From Epithemia pelagica (Eukaryota; Protista; Bacillariophyta), in the NCBI GenBank assembly GCA_946965045.2, contig OX337242.1, forward strand, positions 2,232,001 through 2,296,000: a DNA stretch of 64,000 nucleotides, given 5' to 3'. Under the pieces are notes generated by a model that was not told the origin of the DNA, made no database searches, and saw only the letters and a program-made list of their open reading frames with translations. Below, piece after piece: positions 44,421 to 54,898 of this stretch. Made by a program: the position numbers and the translations under genes. The stretch's first letter is position 1. Each line of letters starts with the position of its first letter.

Positions 44421-47400
44421 ATGAGTGCTTCCAGTGCAGCAGCAACATCCACGGATCCAGATTTGACGAGGCATGATGGCCTGGTTTTTGGTACCAGAAA
44501 GTGCCGAGGCAAACGAACCTACCCTTCCTCTTCCTTTTCGTTTGGAACTACCACCACCACCACCACCCTGGAGGAATCCTCGTTTTCTTCTTCTTCTTTT
44601 TCGTCATCGTCTTTGACGACGACTTCTTCCAAGACTGCGTCAAGGACCGCAGGGTCTAGCCAACGCTCCGTAGAGGTGCAGGGAGAGGGAAGCAAAGACG
44701 TAGTAGTGGTGCAAAGTATCTTTCACGGTCCCCATTTCGTTCCCAGCAACAACAACCACAATCACGACAAGCCAGAAGAAAGCAGGTCCACCCTTCTTTG
44801 CCGTGCCTTGCAAGGCTTGGTGGAGGGTGTCGAGCGGGTACAACTTCGTGCCTCTTCGTCTTCCTCCAATTCGACGCAACTCGTGGTCGATCATGTCCCC
44901 ACACTCTGTTCGGCGACTGTACTGGTGGAGCACCTAACGACCCTTTTGGTAGTCGCCAACCACAGCAGCAACAACAGCAACGACCAGGAGAACAATCTGC
45001 TGGACCGTGTGACTGGTAGGAGGACGGTGGTCCATGTGGAACGAGATGGAGGAGCCACCGGTTCGTTGGAAGGACCGTCGTCCGGTGAGACTCGAACTGT
45101 GGTACCCTGCTCCATGTGGACGACCACCCGCACCGACCAACCTGTTGCTACTGCAACGAATGGGAATCATTACCAGCAAACAAGACAAGAAATAATGAAG
45201 GAGGAGGTGGAACCACCAACCACCACAACTTTTGCTGGCCTTCCTGTCTTGTGTGTTTCGCGTGACTCTGGCGATGATCCTCCTTCCCTTTCTCTACTAA
45301 CAGGTGGGGATAGTAGTTGGCGTCCGAATCCAAACAACATCAATAATGCTGCTCCTCCGAACCATACTGCTTCACCACCAAGTGTCTTTTTTTGTTATCC
45401 GTGTGACTCGGGTGGTCCTCCTCCACCTCCGCTTCGGTTCTTCAATGGTCGTCGTCGTGCGACTCGCAAGAATTCTATCCAGCCTGTCCACCAGCAGCCA
45501 AACTCTGGCGATGATCCTCCTTCCCTTTCTCTACTAACAGGTGGGGATAGTAGTTGGTGTCCGAATCCAAACAACATCAATAATGCTGCTCCTCCGAACC
45601 ATACTGCTTCACCACCAAGTGTCTTTTTTTGTTATCCGTGTGACTCGGGTGGTCCTCCTCCACCTCCGCTTCGGTTCTCCAATGGTCGTCGTCGTGCGAC
45701 TCGCAAGAATTCTATCCAGCCTGTCCACCAGCAGCCAAACAACAACAACAGGGCCCCCCTTGTTTCACCAGCACTGGAACAAGTGTGTGACCGTTTGCGT
45801 TCCTTACAGGGAGTGTCACAAGCGTTTTACAATGCCACGCGTCATCAACTGGTTGTCGATCATGTCACTTCGCTGATTTCGGCACACGATATTGTTGTGG
45901 AATCGCAGCAAAGTAATATTGGGACCGCCCGGTCGTCGCCAAATGACGTCCACCAAAACACTGTAGCTACTACTATGTCGAGTCTTGACCCTTCGGCCGC
46001 AACAAAGACAACAAGTACCTTTGTTTGTAACCAATTGCAAACAGATGCCAAGTGTTTGTTGGTGAGTACCATTTTGGATCCTCTCCAGGGTATCGATACT
46101 GTTCGGTGTGACCCCTTGACGCAACGTGTCACGGTACATCATTTATCGCAAAAAATCTCCGCATTCGAAATTGAGCAACTGTTGAATGACTTTGAATTGG
46201 ATGCCACAACACTTGCAGTGGTTCATTCATCTACAGCATTGGTGGACGAAAAAGGCAACGACAACAACAACAACAACATGACCGGAATGAATGCACCATC
46301 TTCGATTGTCACCATGACACCCACGACGAGAGCAGTTGCGGACGAAGATGGGATGGAATCCTCGGCTGCGCCACCGTCCTCCTTGTCCTCCTCCTCGCCA
46401 CAACAACAACTACAACAACTCACGAGTCTCCATTCCACCTCTTCTCGAGACACTGCGGTGCAAAGCACGTTGATTTGCCAAAATCTGTATTGCGAAGCGG
46501 AATGCGCCTTGATTGATGAATTGCTTCTTTTGAGACGCACCATTGATCCGTCCTCGTTGTTTAGTACCGAAATGGGAATTCAAAAAGTATCCTACCTGCT
46601 TCCACTGAAAAAGGTGGTTGTGGAACATGTACCGTCCATTGTTTCGGCAGGCAAAATTGTTCAGATTTTAAATGAACAAAGTGGCTTTCCGTTGGGGGCC
46701 TCGATTGATGTGGATGGTGGAGCTGCCCCGTCCTCGTCGTCGTTCTCCTCCTCCAGTCACACCAAGGACAAGAAGGATACCATATCAACCATAACAGTGT
46801 TGCCGAAATGTCGATCCGTGTTGCGGGTGAATCATATTTGTTGTGCGGCCGAAATCCCAGCTATTCGATCCATTCTCCACAAGCTTCCAGGTATCTCCAA
46901 TCATTTTGTGGTTGTGACCACCAAATTGGTCTACGTGGAACACGATCACGGTACGATAACTGCGCAAGACATTTGCGAGGCGCTCAATAAGGAGCGTTTT
47001 GGTGCTGTTATCCAACAAGATGGAGGTCAACAGCAAAAGGCTGCCATGATGGGTGTTGCAACGTCCCACCAAACAACATCGCTGTTTTGTACGTCGAGCT
47101 TTGCCCTCGAAGCGCGAGTCCTCCTCCACGAAGAATTGGAAACGGCACTGAGTACGCATTTCGACAAGACTCAGGTGGAATCCTTCTCGGTGGAAGCTCG
47201 GACACGAACCCTCTACGTCGACCACAACCCCTTTACCTTGTCGGCTCAAACGATTGAAGAAACTCTTTGCAAATGGCCTCGCACGAAACTACGTCTCCTT
47301 GTGGATGGGAAAAAGTCCATCAAGATTGACTATGAGGCAATGGCTCGGATTCCCTTTGAACAAGAAGATGCCGTTCGGTCGAACGAACATCACAACAAAT

Positions 47401-49484
47401 ATCCCAGACCGACCATTATTATGTCAGGAATTCTCTGGTGCATATCCATGTTATCCTTGATTGGAGGAGGATGGGAACACTTGAAATATATTGGTCTGGG
47501 TTCTGTGGCCTTTGGCTTACCACCAATCGCCCACAAGGCTTACAACCAGTTGAAGCGGTTGCGATTTGATACCAATACACTGATGCTCTCGGCATCATTG
47601 GGGGCATTGGCATTGGGAGAATTTACCGAAGCGGCCGCTGTAATGTTTCTCTTTGCTCTTTCGGAATGGTTGGAACGGCGAGCCACTTCACGTGTTTTGC
47701 AAGCCCTGTCGGCCATTGTAGATTTGAAACCTGACAAGGCCAACCTGGTCCACCATGAAACGGGGGAACTTATTGAAGTGGCGGCTTCCGCCGTTCCGAC
47801 CGGTGCACTTGTTGCCGTCAAAACTGGGGAGAAAATCCCCTGCGACGGTGTTGTAGAGGAAGGTCAGTCGACAGTCGATGAATCTTCCTTGACGGGGGAA
47901 TCGAGACCCATTCGGAAGTGTCCCAATGCTCCGGTTTCGGGAGGGACCGTGAACTCGGGCATTTCTCAACTGTTGATACGAACCACCGCATTGGCAGAAA
48001 ACTCTGCCGTTGCTCGACTCGTTCGATTGGTGGAAGAGGCACAGGCGAATCGCTCCGAAACGGAGAAAATGGTGGAGGAATTTGCCAAAATTTACACGCC
48101 TCTTGTGGTCTTCGCCGCGACTCTGATGTGCACAATTCCCTGGGCGTTTGGGAGCGAAAAAGGACGTGAATGGACCAACATTGGTCTAGTGTTCATCGTG
48201 GTTGGCTGTCCATGTGCCCTCATCATTTCCACTCCTATCGCATACGTTGCGGGACTCGCTGCGACTGCCCAAAAAGGTGTTCTGGTTAAAGGTGGAGCAT
48301 TTTTGGAGTCGCTGGGGCGAGTCAAGAATATTTGCTTTGACAAAACGGGGACCCTGACTAATGGAGAATTCTCATTGTTGCACCTTCAGGTGCTGACGCA
48401 CAACTATACTCGTGACGAAGTCATACAACACCTCACCTTAATGGAGGAAAGAGCCTCACACCCTGTTGCTAATGCCATCATGGAAAGAGCACGGAACGAG
48501 AATGTTGTTGTTCCACCTTCTATGGTCTTAAAGAAGCACGCTCTACTAGCAGGTGAAGGAGTCAGGGGTATTATTGATGGCAAAGAGGTTTATGTAGGAA
48601 ATGAGAGACTGTTTGAACGCCTCGGACTGTTGGATAATCTTCCCCGTGAGACCAGGAATACAGCTGATAGCTGGAAGCAGCTTGGTGGAACCATTGGTTT
48701 TATGAGTATTGAAGGTTCAGGAATTGTCTGCGCATATTGTGCGACCGATGCAGTACGGGGAGAGTCACATCGTGTCGTGAACAATCTCAAAAGTCGAGGT
48801 GTTGGTGTTACCATGTTGACAGGTGACAATGAAGAAGCGGCTCTTTCTGTTGGATGTCAAGTTGGCCTGCATCCAGTAGAGGTTCAAGCCAGGCTTTTGC
48901 CAAAAGAAAAGCTTGATTTTTTGAACGCTGTCATGGAGACGGAAGAACAGGACTCAACCTGGTTGGGACTCAGAAGGAAGCGCAATGTTGTTTTGTTCTG
49001 TGGAGATGGTGTTAACGATGCCCCGGCGTTGGCGGCTGCCGATGTGGGCGTTGCCATGGGAGCTGGTGCGGCCTTAGCAATGGAAACTGCCGACGTGACG
49101 CTTCTGGATTCCAACTTGGAAAAACTGGAGACGAGTATCCAAGTAGGCAGGTTGGTGATCCGCATCATCCGGGAAAACCTGGTTTTTTGCGTCGTGGCTA
49201 AGTTCATTGTTATCGGGTTTGCAATTGCTGGAAAGACACACTTGTGGTCAGCCATTGCGACTGATGTTGGGACGATGGTACTCGTTACACTCAATGCAAT
49301 GACACTTCTGGGTACGAGAAGTGGAAGTCCATATAGTAATGAGATTGTGGGTGATGTAGATACGCGGGAGAACTCTCTCATGACCATTGGACAAACGTGG
49401 ACGACTTCAGACGATGGGAAAAGCCAAAACACGTACCAGCAGGTGTCGACGGAAGATTCTCCAGGAAGTGATTCAATTGTGTAA
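44421..49484 (+). CDS. Second P1B-2-type heavy-metal ATPase (tandem paralog) with ~6 HMA-like domains
   Basis: LTGES, VGCPCALIISTP, DKTGT, ASHPVA, GDGVNDAPALA, VVAKF and TDVG. The core is highly similar to 35194-39879; 1687-aa ORF. Confidence 0.95.
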   Translation: MSASSAAATSTDPDLTRHDGLVFGTRKCRGKRTYPSSSFSFGTTTTTTTLEESSFSSSSFSSSSLTTTSSKTASRTAGSSQRSVEVQGEGSKDVVVVQSIFHGPHFVPSNNNHNHDKPEESRSTLLCRALQGLVEGVERVQLRASSSSSNSTQLVVDHVPTLCSATVLVEHLTTLLVVANHSSNNSNDQENNLLDRVTGRRTVVHVERDGGATGSLEGPSSGETRTVVPCSMWTTTRTDQPVATATNGNHYQQTRQEIMKEEVEPPTTTTFAGLPVLCVSRDSGDDPPSLSLLTGGDSSWRPNPNNINNAAPPNHTASPPSVFFCYPCDSGGPPPPPLRFFNGRRRATRKNSIQPVHQQPNSGDDPPSLSLLTGGDSSWCPNPNNINNAAPPNHTASPPSVFFCYPCDSGGPPPPPLRFSNGRRRATRKNSIQPVHQQPNNNNRAPLVSPALEQVCDRLRSLQGVSQAFYNATRHQLVVDHVTSLISAHDIVVESQQSNIGTARSSPNDVHQNTVATTMSSLDPSAATKTTSTFVCNQLQTDAKCLLVSTILDPLQGIDTVRCDPLTQRVTVHHLSQKISAFEIEQLLNDFELDATTLAVVHSSTALVDEKGNDNNNNNMTGMNAPSSIVTMTPTTRAVADEDGMESSAAPPSSLSSSSPQQQLQQLTSLHSTSSRDTAVQSTLICQNLYCEAECALIDELLLLRRTIDPSSLFSTEMGIQKVSYLLPLKKVVVEHVPSIVSAGKIVQILNEQSGFPLGASIDVDGGAAPSSSSFSSSSHTKDKKDTISTITVLPKCRSVLRVNHICCAAEIPAIRSILHKLPGISNHFVVVTTKLVYVEHDHGTITAQDICEALNKERFGAVIQQDGGQQQKAAMMGVATSHQTTSLFCTSSFALEARVLLHEELETALSTHFDKTQVESFSVEARTRTLYVDHNPFTLSAQTIEETLCKWPRTKLRLLVDGKKSIKIDYEAMARIPFEQEDAVRSNEHHNKYPRPTIIMSGILWCISMLSLIGGGWEHLKYIGLGSVAFGLPPIAHKAYNQLKRLRFDTNTLMLSASLGALALGEFTEAAAVMFLFALSEWLERRATSRVLQALSAIVDLKPDKANLVHHETGELIEVAASAVPTGALVAVKTGEKIPCDGVVEEGQSTVDESSLTGESRPIRKCPNAPVSGGTVNSGISQLLIRTTALAENSAVARLVRLVEEAQANRSETEKMVEEFAKIYTPLVVFAATLMCTIPWAFGSEKGREWTNIGLVFIVVGCPCALIISTPIAYVAGLAATAQKGVLVKGGAFLESLGRVKNICFDKTGTLTNGEFSLLHLQVLTHNYTRDEVIQHLTLMEERASHPVANAIMERARNENVVVPPSMVLKKHALLAGEGVRGIIDGKEVYVGNERLFERLGLLDNLPRETRNTADSWKQLGGTIGFMSIEGSGIVCAYCATDAVRGESHRVVNNLKSRGVGVTMLTGDNEEAALSVGCQVGLHPVEVQARLLPKEKLDFLNAVMETEEQDSTWLGLRRKRNVVLFCGDGVNDAPALAAADVGVAMGAGAALAMETADVTLLDSNLEKLETSIQVGRLVIRIIRENLVFCVVAKFIVIGFAIAGKTHLWSAIATDVGTMVLVTLNAMTLLGTRSGSPYSNEIVGDVDTRENSLMTIGQTWTTSDDGKSQNTYQQVSTEDSPGSDSIV
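45265..45738 (+). repeat. 237-bp near-perfect tandem duplication (79 codons x2) inside ATPase 2
   Basis: ACTCTGGCGATGATCCTCC starts at 45265 and 45502. Only two substitutions were spotted (CGT/TGT, TTC/TCC). Confidence 0.95.
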
Positions 49485-49859
49485 AAATATACGCACTTCC
49501 TTTCCACAGGACAGAAGCATCAATTTTGATGTTACAGGTTCAGTCCAACATATGGAGCTACGAAGTTAGACTGTATCCTGCTTTTGGTGTCCGATCAAAG
49601 TCACTGTATGTCGATAAGAGCTTGCAAACGTCAAAATATCTGCTTGAGAAAAAAGAAATGGTTAAAATAATATCACTTTATCGTTTTGGCCAATTTTCCA
49701 AGAGCTGGACTCGAATTGGTAGGAGCAGATAAAGAAATGCGTCTAAGTGTTCGGGGAAAGTTGCGTATGCTCCATGACTTTCAGGCATACGCAATAGACA
49801 GATCACCGGCGGTCAAGTTGCGATTGATGAACGCACCCATCAAAAGACTGTTATCCTTT

Positions 49860-51758
49860 TCAGGTCACATCTTCGTTCCATTTGAGCTTTCCTGGCTCAT
49901 AAAGTTCTACCTTTGCTTGTTTTGTCGGTGCTTGTTCCGTCTCCAACTCCAATGCCGGACTTTGGATTGGAGTGAACTGCGTCCGAACCCGTTTTCTTGG
50001 CTCGCAATCTGATTCGTGAGCCTCATCGTCCGTGCGCTCATCCATGTACATTCCGGTATCGACCGACACTTCCACAGAAGAGGGCTGGGAAACATGTGAA
50101 TTGACATCAAATGCAGAAGAACCATCGTTCATGGACGAAAAGGATGCTTGTGCAAGTGGTGTGGAGACTTCCATAGCCGGAGGGTCGTTCGTGATTCGGT
50201 GCATCCCGGCGATGCTCTTGTTGCTGGCAAATGGCGGCATTCGCTCCTCTGTATAGTTGAGAAATTCATACCGGTGGGTAGGGTTGCTGCCTTCGTACAA
50301 GACAATGGCTCGTTCAGTTTCGTCCCGAGGCAGTGTTGGACTTTCCTCCGTATCAATTCTCGTACTATCGGACACCGTTGCCTGTCGTCTATGTTGTTGT
50401 TGCTTCTTATTGTTTTCTTTTCGAACGAAGCGTTGAAACACGATGATGAAAATTCCAAGAGCTAAAGTAAGCGAGACCAGACCAAGAATCAATGCCACTG
50501 CAGTTGATTTCTTGTTGCCGTCATCTCCGTCTTGCTGCTGTTGTTCGGAGGAGTCCGCTCTTGGTCCAGTATCTTGTGCAGGCTGAACAGTGGTCCGATT
50601 TACTTGAACAGACAGAGTCTCTAGCTCCAATCCCATTTCTTCCTCGAATATCTGATAAAAGTCGTTGACTCCCCAAAAGGAGAACGATTGTATCAACGAT
50701 TCGACCGAGGGTGCAAAACTCTCCGGACCGACCCAGGTACCGGTGATGCCCACAATGCCATTTCGCCCCTGCAAAGAAAAGGACACAACGGAGCTGAGAT
50801 CTACAATGATGGAGGCGTCTCCACTTGTCAACATATCTTGAACATAGTTTGTGAGCAGTTGGCGAAGCAAATTGCTTTCATCCTCTTCCAAGACAATACT
50901 GGTCGGTGACAGAAGAAAGCCAACCGTCAGTACTGGAATGGTCACAACCACTGTCGGACTGTTCCTTACAGGCTGAACTGTTGGAGATTGTGTCGTTCTC
51001 ACAGCCGTTGAGGGAGAGTCAGTGGGGACCTGGGTGGGAATGTCTGTCGGAGGCCTCGAAGGAGCTTGAATATCGAAATAGATTCGACCCGATGTCGATT
51101 CGTATTCATATCCTTCTCCCACCACCCTATCATCGACCATGAGTCGGTAATATCCGTCACCGTGACGGCAACAAATGCCATTCTCGCCCTCATCCGTCAA
51201 TTCAAACCAATACTCTCCAGCCGGAATGAGCATGGAGAGTCCCGTTGGATTGCGCGTGTCTCGTGCTGTGGCCCCACCCGATGCCAACGGTCGATCCGTT
51301 TCGGCATTGGCCACGGTCCAACTAATTTCTTCGGGACGGCGATCCGGTACGACAATAATGGTCAGTTCAAACAAGGAACCATCGTCTTCCACTGCTCGTC
51401 GTTGCTGCTCTTGTTGTTGTTGTATCACGTTTCTTGGAAAAGTCTTCTGCCGTGGAGATTCCAAAGAAGCTTGTTGTAATGAAATAGGGCGTCTTTGGGA
51501 AAATGATGGAGAATGTTTCCCAAGTTTTGAATCCAAAGGTCGTATTCTTGCCTCCACAGGGATCAAGGAGTTTTCCAGTGGAATGTTTTTGGGTAACTTG
51601 ACTTTGTGGTCATGCAGCGCATTCGAAGGAACGATGGAAGTGACTGGAATGGTACACACTGTCATCATCAGGATCACGAGGACAACATGAGGCCACAAAC
51701 AAGGAATGGTTGTCCTTCTTCTCCTCATCCTTGTCGAACACACACTTGTGGTTATCAT
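49860..51758 (-). CDS. Type I membrane protein: signal peptide, Cys-containing beta domain, PT stalk, unnamed juxtamembrane domain, TM, disordered tail
   Basis: HVVLVILMMTVCTIPVTS signal; EEISWTV..YWFELTDEGENGICCRHGDGYY domain; PPTDIPTQVPTDSPS stalk; TM AVALILGLVSLTLALGIFIIVF. Start ATG 51758 or 51728. Confidence 0.8.
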   Translation of the reverse strand: MITTSVCSTRMRRRRTTIPCLWPHVVLVILMMTVCTIPVTSIVPSNALHDHKVKLPKNIPLENSLIPVEARIRPLDSKLGKHSPSFSQRRPISLQQASLESPRQKTFPRNVIQQQQEQQRRAVEDDGSLFELTIIVVPDRRPEEISWTVANAETDRPLASGGATARDTRNPTGLSMLIPAGEYWFELTDEGENGICCRHGDGYYRLMVDDRVVGEGYEYESTSGRIYFDIQAPSRPPTDIPTQVPTDSPSTAVRTTQSPTVQPVRNSPTVVVTIPVLTVGFLLSPTSIVLEEDESNLLRQLLTNYVQDMLTSGDASIIVDLSSVVSFSLQGRNGIVGITGTWVGPESFAPSVESLIQSFSFWGVNDFYQIFEEEMGLELETLSVQVNRTTVQPAQDTGPRADSSEQQQQDGDDGNKKSTAVALILGLVSLTLALGIFIIVFQRFVRKENNKKQQQHRRQATVSDSTRIDTEESPTLPRDETERAIVLYEGSNPTHRYEFLNYTEERMPPFASNKSIAGMHRITNDPPAMEVSTPLAQASFSSMNDGSSAFDVNSHVSQPSSVEVSVDTGMYMDERTDDEAHESDCEPRKRVRTQFTPIQSPALELETEQAPTKQAKVELYEPGKLKWNEDVT

Positions 51759-52079
51759 TCTCGTTGCGTTGCCTTGTGTTTCGATGTGGCTGTGTTTGTG
51801 CGTTTTTGTGTCTTGGAAAGGGGATGCTCTCGTCAATACCCGTTTTGTGACGAATGTAAGCCTTAGTTGGAGTTCTGTTGTCTTATGAATGACACAACGG
51901 ATGCATACTCGACTCCTACAATTCTCTCTCCCGTGGAATTGGATCAGGGTATCATATCTCTCGATCATGTGACCCAACCAAATTTTTTCCAATTGGTTGG
52001 TTCGGCGAGCTTTCGACCGATCCAGTCGTTGAACGTCACACATGACTCAAATCATGCAAAAATTGGTAGTTTTGAATGG

Positions 52080-52395
52080 AACGCCCTGAATTTTTCAAGA
52101 ATTCGGTTCCAAATGCAGTTCTGGAACAGAAATTTCCAAACGCGAGCCTGGCTTGTCGGCATGAAATTTCTCGATTTTTGGCCGCTTCTTTGCTACGGTA
52201 GTACGGAAAGCGGAGACGAACGACATGATAAGTGATAACCTGCCTTGTAAGAGAAGAATGACACCTCCAAGGTAAGATATGTCATCTTCATAAGACTTTG
52301 CCGAAATGGCAGGAACTGGTATAATGTCTGCGCGTTGATCATCATGTGGATGATGAGAGATGAGAGTCCTCAGAATGATGATGACAATGATGTCT
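52080..52395. repeat. Diverged, internally deleted duplicate of 54565-55150
   Basis: 33-bp identity CAAACGCGAGCCTGGCTTGTCGGCATGAAATTT (52137 and 54618). AAGACTTTGCCGAAATGG..GTCCTCAGAATGAT matches the 3' coding end of the gene at 54899-56986. Confidence 0.85.
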
Positions 52396-52900
52396 CCACC
52401 TCCACCGGTTAAAATATTATGAGAATTGAATTATTCCCCAGCGGGAAGACAAACACCACATATGAGGGTCGGTCTTATCGACACGATTTCTTCGCATTCT
52501 TCGCAAATCTTCGCACACATCCGGGGACACCCAAAAGTTGCGAAACTTCGTTCAGTCTTAACGAGAGTGCGAAGCTTCGCACACCTTCGCAATGACACTA
52601 TGATTGCTATGGCGCTATTGAGAATTGGATATTCTATACTAGGAGTAATCCTACTCCAAGCAATAAGTAGGAACACAGGGGAGAGTACTTGCAAAACAAT
52701 GGAGAACTGTTAGTCGTCCATTGCTACCCCGCATGACGTGCCCAACAAAGGGGATCTTCAATTGTTGTTGCCAGGCATCCAACGCAGTCGCTCGTAGAGC
52801 CAGTCATCAACTCGTTCTCACAGTCGAAAGTCGAAACAATTGCCGAAGGTCGAAAGAACAGTTGTCACTGAATCCGGATTGTCGTTGCTCGTGCACATTG

Positions 52901-53100
52901 TTCTCTTGTCTTCCACTGTACTGTTTGATTGTTGTTCGATAGAAGGGGATGGGTCATTTGGATTTCTCTTGTCTTCCACCACGCTGTTTGATTGTTGTTC
53001 GATAGAATCGATAGAAGGGGATGAGTCATTTGGATTTCTCTTGTCTTCCACTGCACTGCTTGATTGTTGTTCGATAGAGGGGGATGGGTCATTTGGATTT
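52901..53100. repeat. Tandem repeat, units 63/72/63 bp, plus a degenerate fourth copy at ~53458-53498
   Basis: TTCTCTTGTCTTCCAC..GATTGTTGTTCGATAGA..GGGGATG(G/A)GTCATTTGGAT at 52901, 52964 and 53036. The minus strand reads NPNDPSPSIEQQSNSxVEDKR x3. Confidence 0.92.
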
Positions 53101-53567
53101 GGCACATACTCCTAGGTATAAACCGTATTTTTGGGACTTCGGTCAAGACGGTCAAGGCACAGGAAAAGATTATTGCTGCACGGTTGTTTTGGCTCTGCAA
53201 TTCCCACCGTATTAGTGGTTCCCGCTAGATCCTCGTCCTCCTTTGTTTGTACTTGACACACTGCCACATAAAACAGCGAATGAAGTGTCGTTGTCATCAT
53301 GATTTCGCAGTGATATAAAAAGGCATAACCAAGAGCAAAACCTCCACTATCTGCTTGAAACAACATGTAGGAGTAGGGGGTTCTCGTCGTAAACTGACAC
53401 TTCTTTCGAAACAAATGGAAGACCCGGGCCTTCGTCCACGACGGCAGATGCATTGCATTGCACTGCTTGAATGTTGTTCGCAGGGGATGAGTCATTTCAT
53501 TTGGCCCATGGATGTAGCCATGGGTGTGATGTCCCTTTAGGAGAGTTAGGGAAAACTAGAGGAGAAA

Positions 53568-54227
53568 TTGCGTGTACTACCCGACAAAAATGCTGCTACC
53601 CTACGACCTTCGCAAAAACCTTCGCAAATCCTCGAATCTGCGAAATGGGCAATGCTACGTGCTGTTCAACAAGTTTATCAAGAACAACAAAAGCAACAGT
53701 CAATGGACAGCATGCAGTTTGTGGGGGTGGAACTTGTCCGTGGATGGGTCCAGTTTGCCCAAGAATATGCTCCATATCAGCACCAAAAACTCCACATTTA
53801 TGAAGGCGACATAACTGCCTTTACCTTGCCCGTGCCCTATACAGGAAAGACGTTTGATTTTGTCATGCTAAACGACGTCCTCGAACACATCCAGAAGAAA
53901 CGCTATGGGTGCTTCTTTGACAAGCTCAAAGAAGTGACCCATCCCGGGAGCCTGGTTTACATGCACACACCAACACCAGAGGCGCAATTGAAGGACAGTG
54001 GGCAGTACTACGAAAATGTTCTTCCTCATCATTATGTGGTCCTGGGCATGGTACTGGCAGGCTTTGAACTTGTAACGTTTCAGCACGACATGGAAACTGA
54101 ATGCGGAGGGGATAAACAGGTACCGCCACCACTGGATAAGACACGTTGTGCCCTGGGTGGTTTTCCCAAATACTATCATGCCTTGTTTCTGCGCAAAGAG
54201 GATGAGCGAGTCTTCCAATTGAAATAA
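53568..54227 (+). CDS. Class I SAM-dependent methyltransferase-like ORF, probably 5'-truncated or degenerate
   Basis: FVGVELV..W, YEGDIT and FDFVMLNDVLEHI..HPGSLVYMHTP match the later MTase motifs. No Gly-rich motif I and no ATG at the ORF start. Confidence 0.6.
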   Translation: MRVLPDKNAATLRPSQKPSQILESAKWAMLRAVQQVYQEQQKQQSMDSMQFVGVELVRGWVQFAQEYAPYQHQKLHIYEGDITAFTLPVPYTGKTFDFVMLNDVLEHIQKKRYGCFFDKLKEVTHPGSLVYMHTPTPEAQLKDSGQYYENVLPHHYVVLGMVLAGFELVTFQHDMETECGGDKQVPPPLDKTRCALGGFPKYYHALFLRKEDERVFQLK

Positions 54228-54898
54228 TGGATGTTACTTGGTAGATCTTTGCAGAAACAGATCTACGAGAGGGGTCCCGGTGTCATTTTTAAAGGATTCA
54301 AAAAGAGCCACAAACGCTATTCACCTCTGGGATATCCCGTCTCAGCATTGCAGCAGGCATTGCTCATCCGCCAGATAGAAGAGGGCCCATCCGCTGACCA
54401 GGATAGATAAAGTAACCAAGTCTAAGTCCTACTACATACCTTAATCCTATTCGTTAGTGCAACGTAGTGTAACCTTCCATATTTCTCACGTTCTTCGCAT
54501 TCTTCGCATATATTTTCAAGTGGTCCATGGCCCATTCCAAATTCCATACATAAAATGATAGGTTTGAAAGGAAATCACTGAATTTTTCCAGAGTTTGGTT
54601 GGTTCGAAATGCCACCGCAAACGCGAGCCTGGCTTGTCGGCATGAAATTTGTCGTTTTTTGGCCGCTGCCTATTCCTTAGTGAGATGAGAAGTGTTCCCG
54701 TCCAGCCTTGGACAAGAAGAATGAAACCTCCAAGCTAAAATATGAACTATTAGTTATGAAAGACAACTGTCACGGTGACATGACAATAACAAACTGATTG
54801 GAATGATGTCAGGCACCAATACCACTCCCAGGGCTTGGTGCTTCTTTACTCCCTCCATGTAAACATTTATAGATCTCTGTGGTTGACTGGAACGAACA

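Noticed and set aside
48884-49507. 207-aa minus-strand ORF and similar shadows over both ATPases
   Set aside because: Antisense to conserved P-type ATPase motifs.
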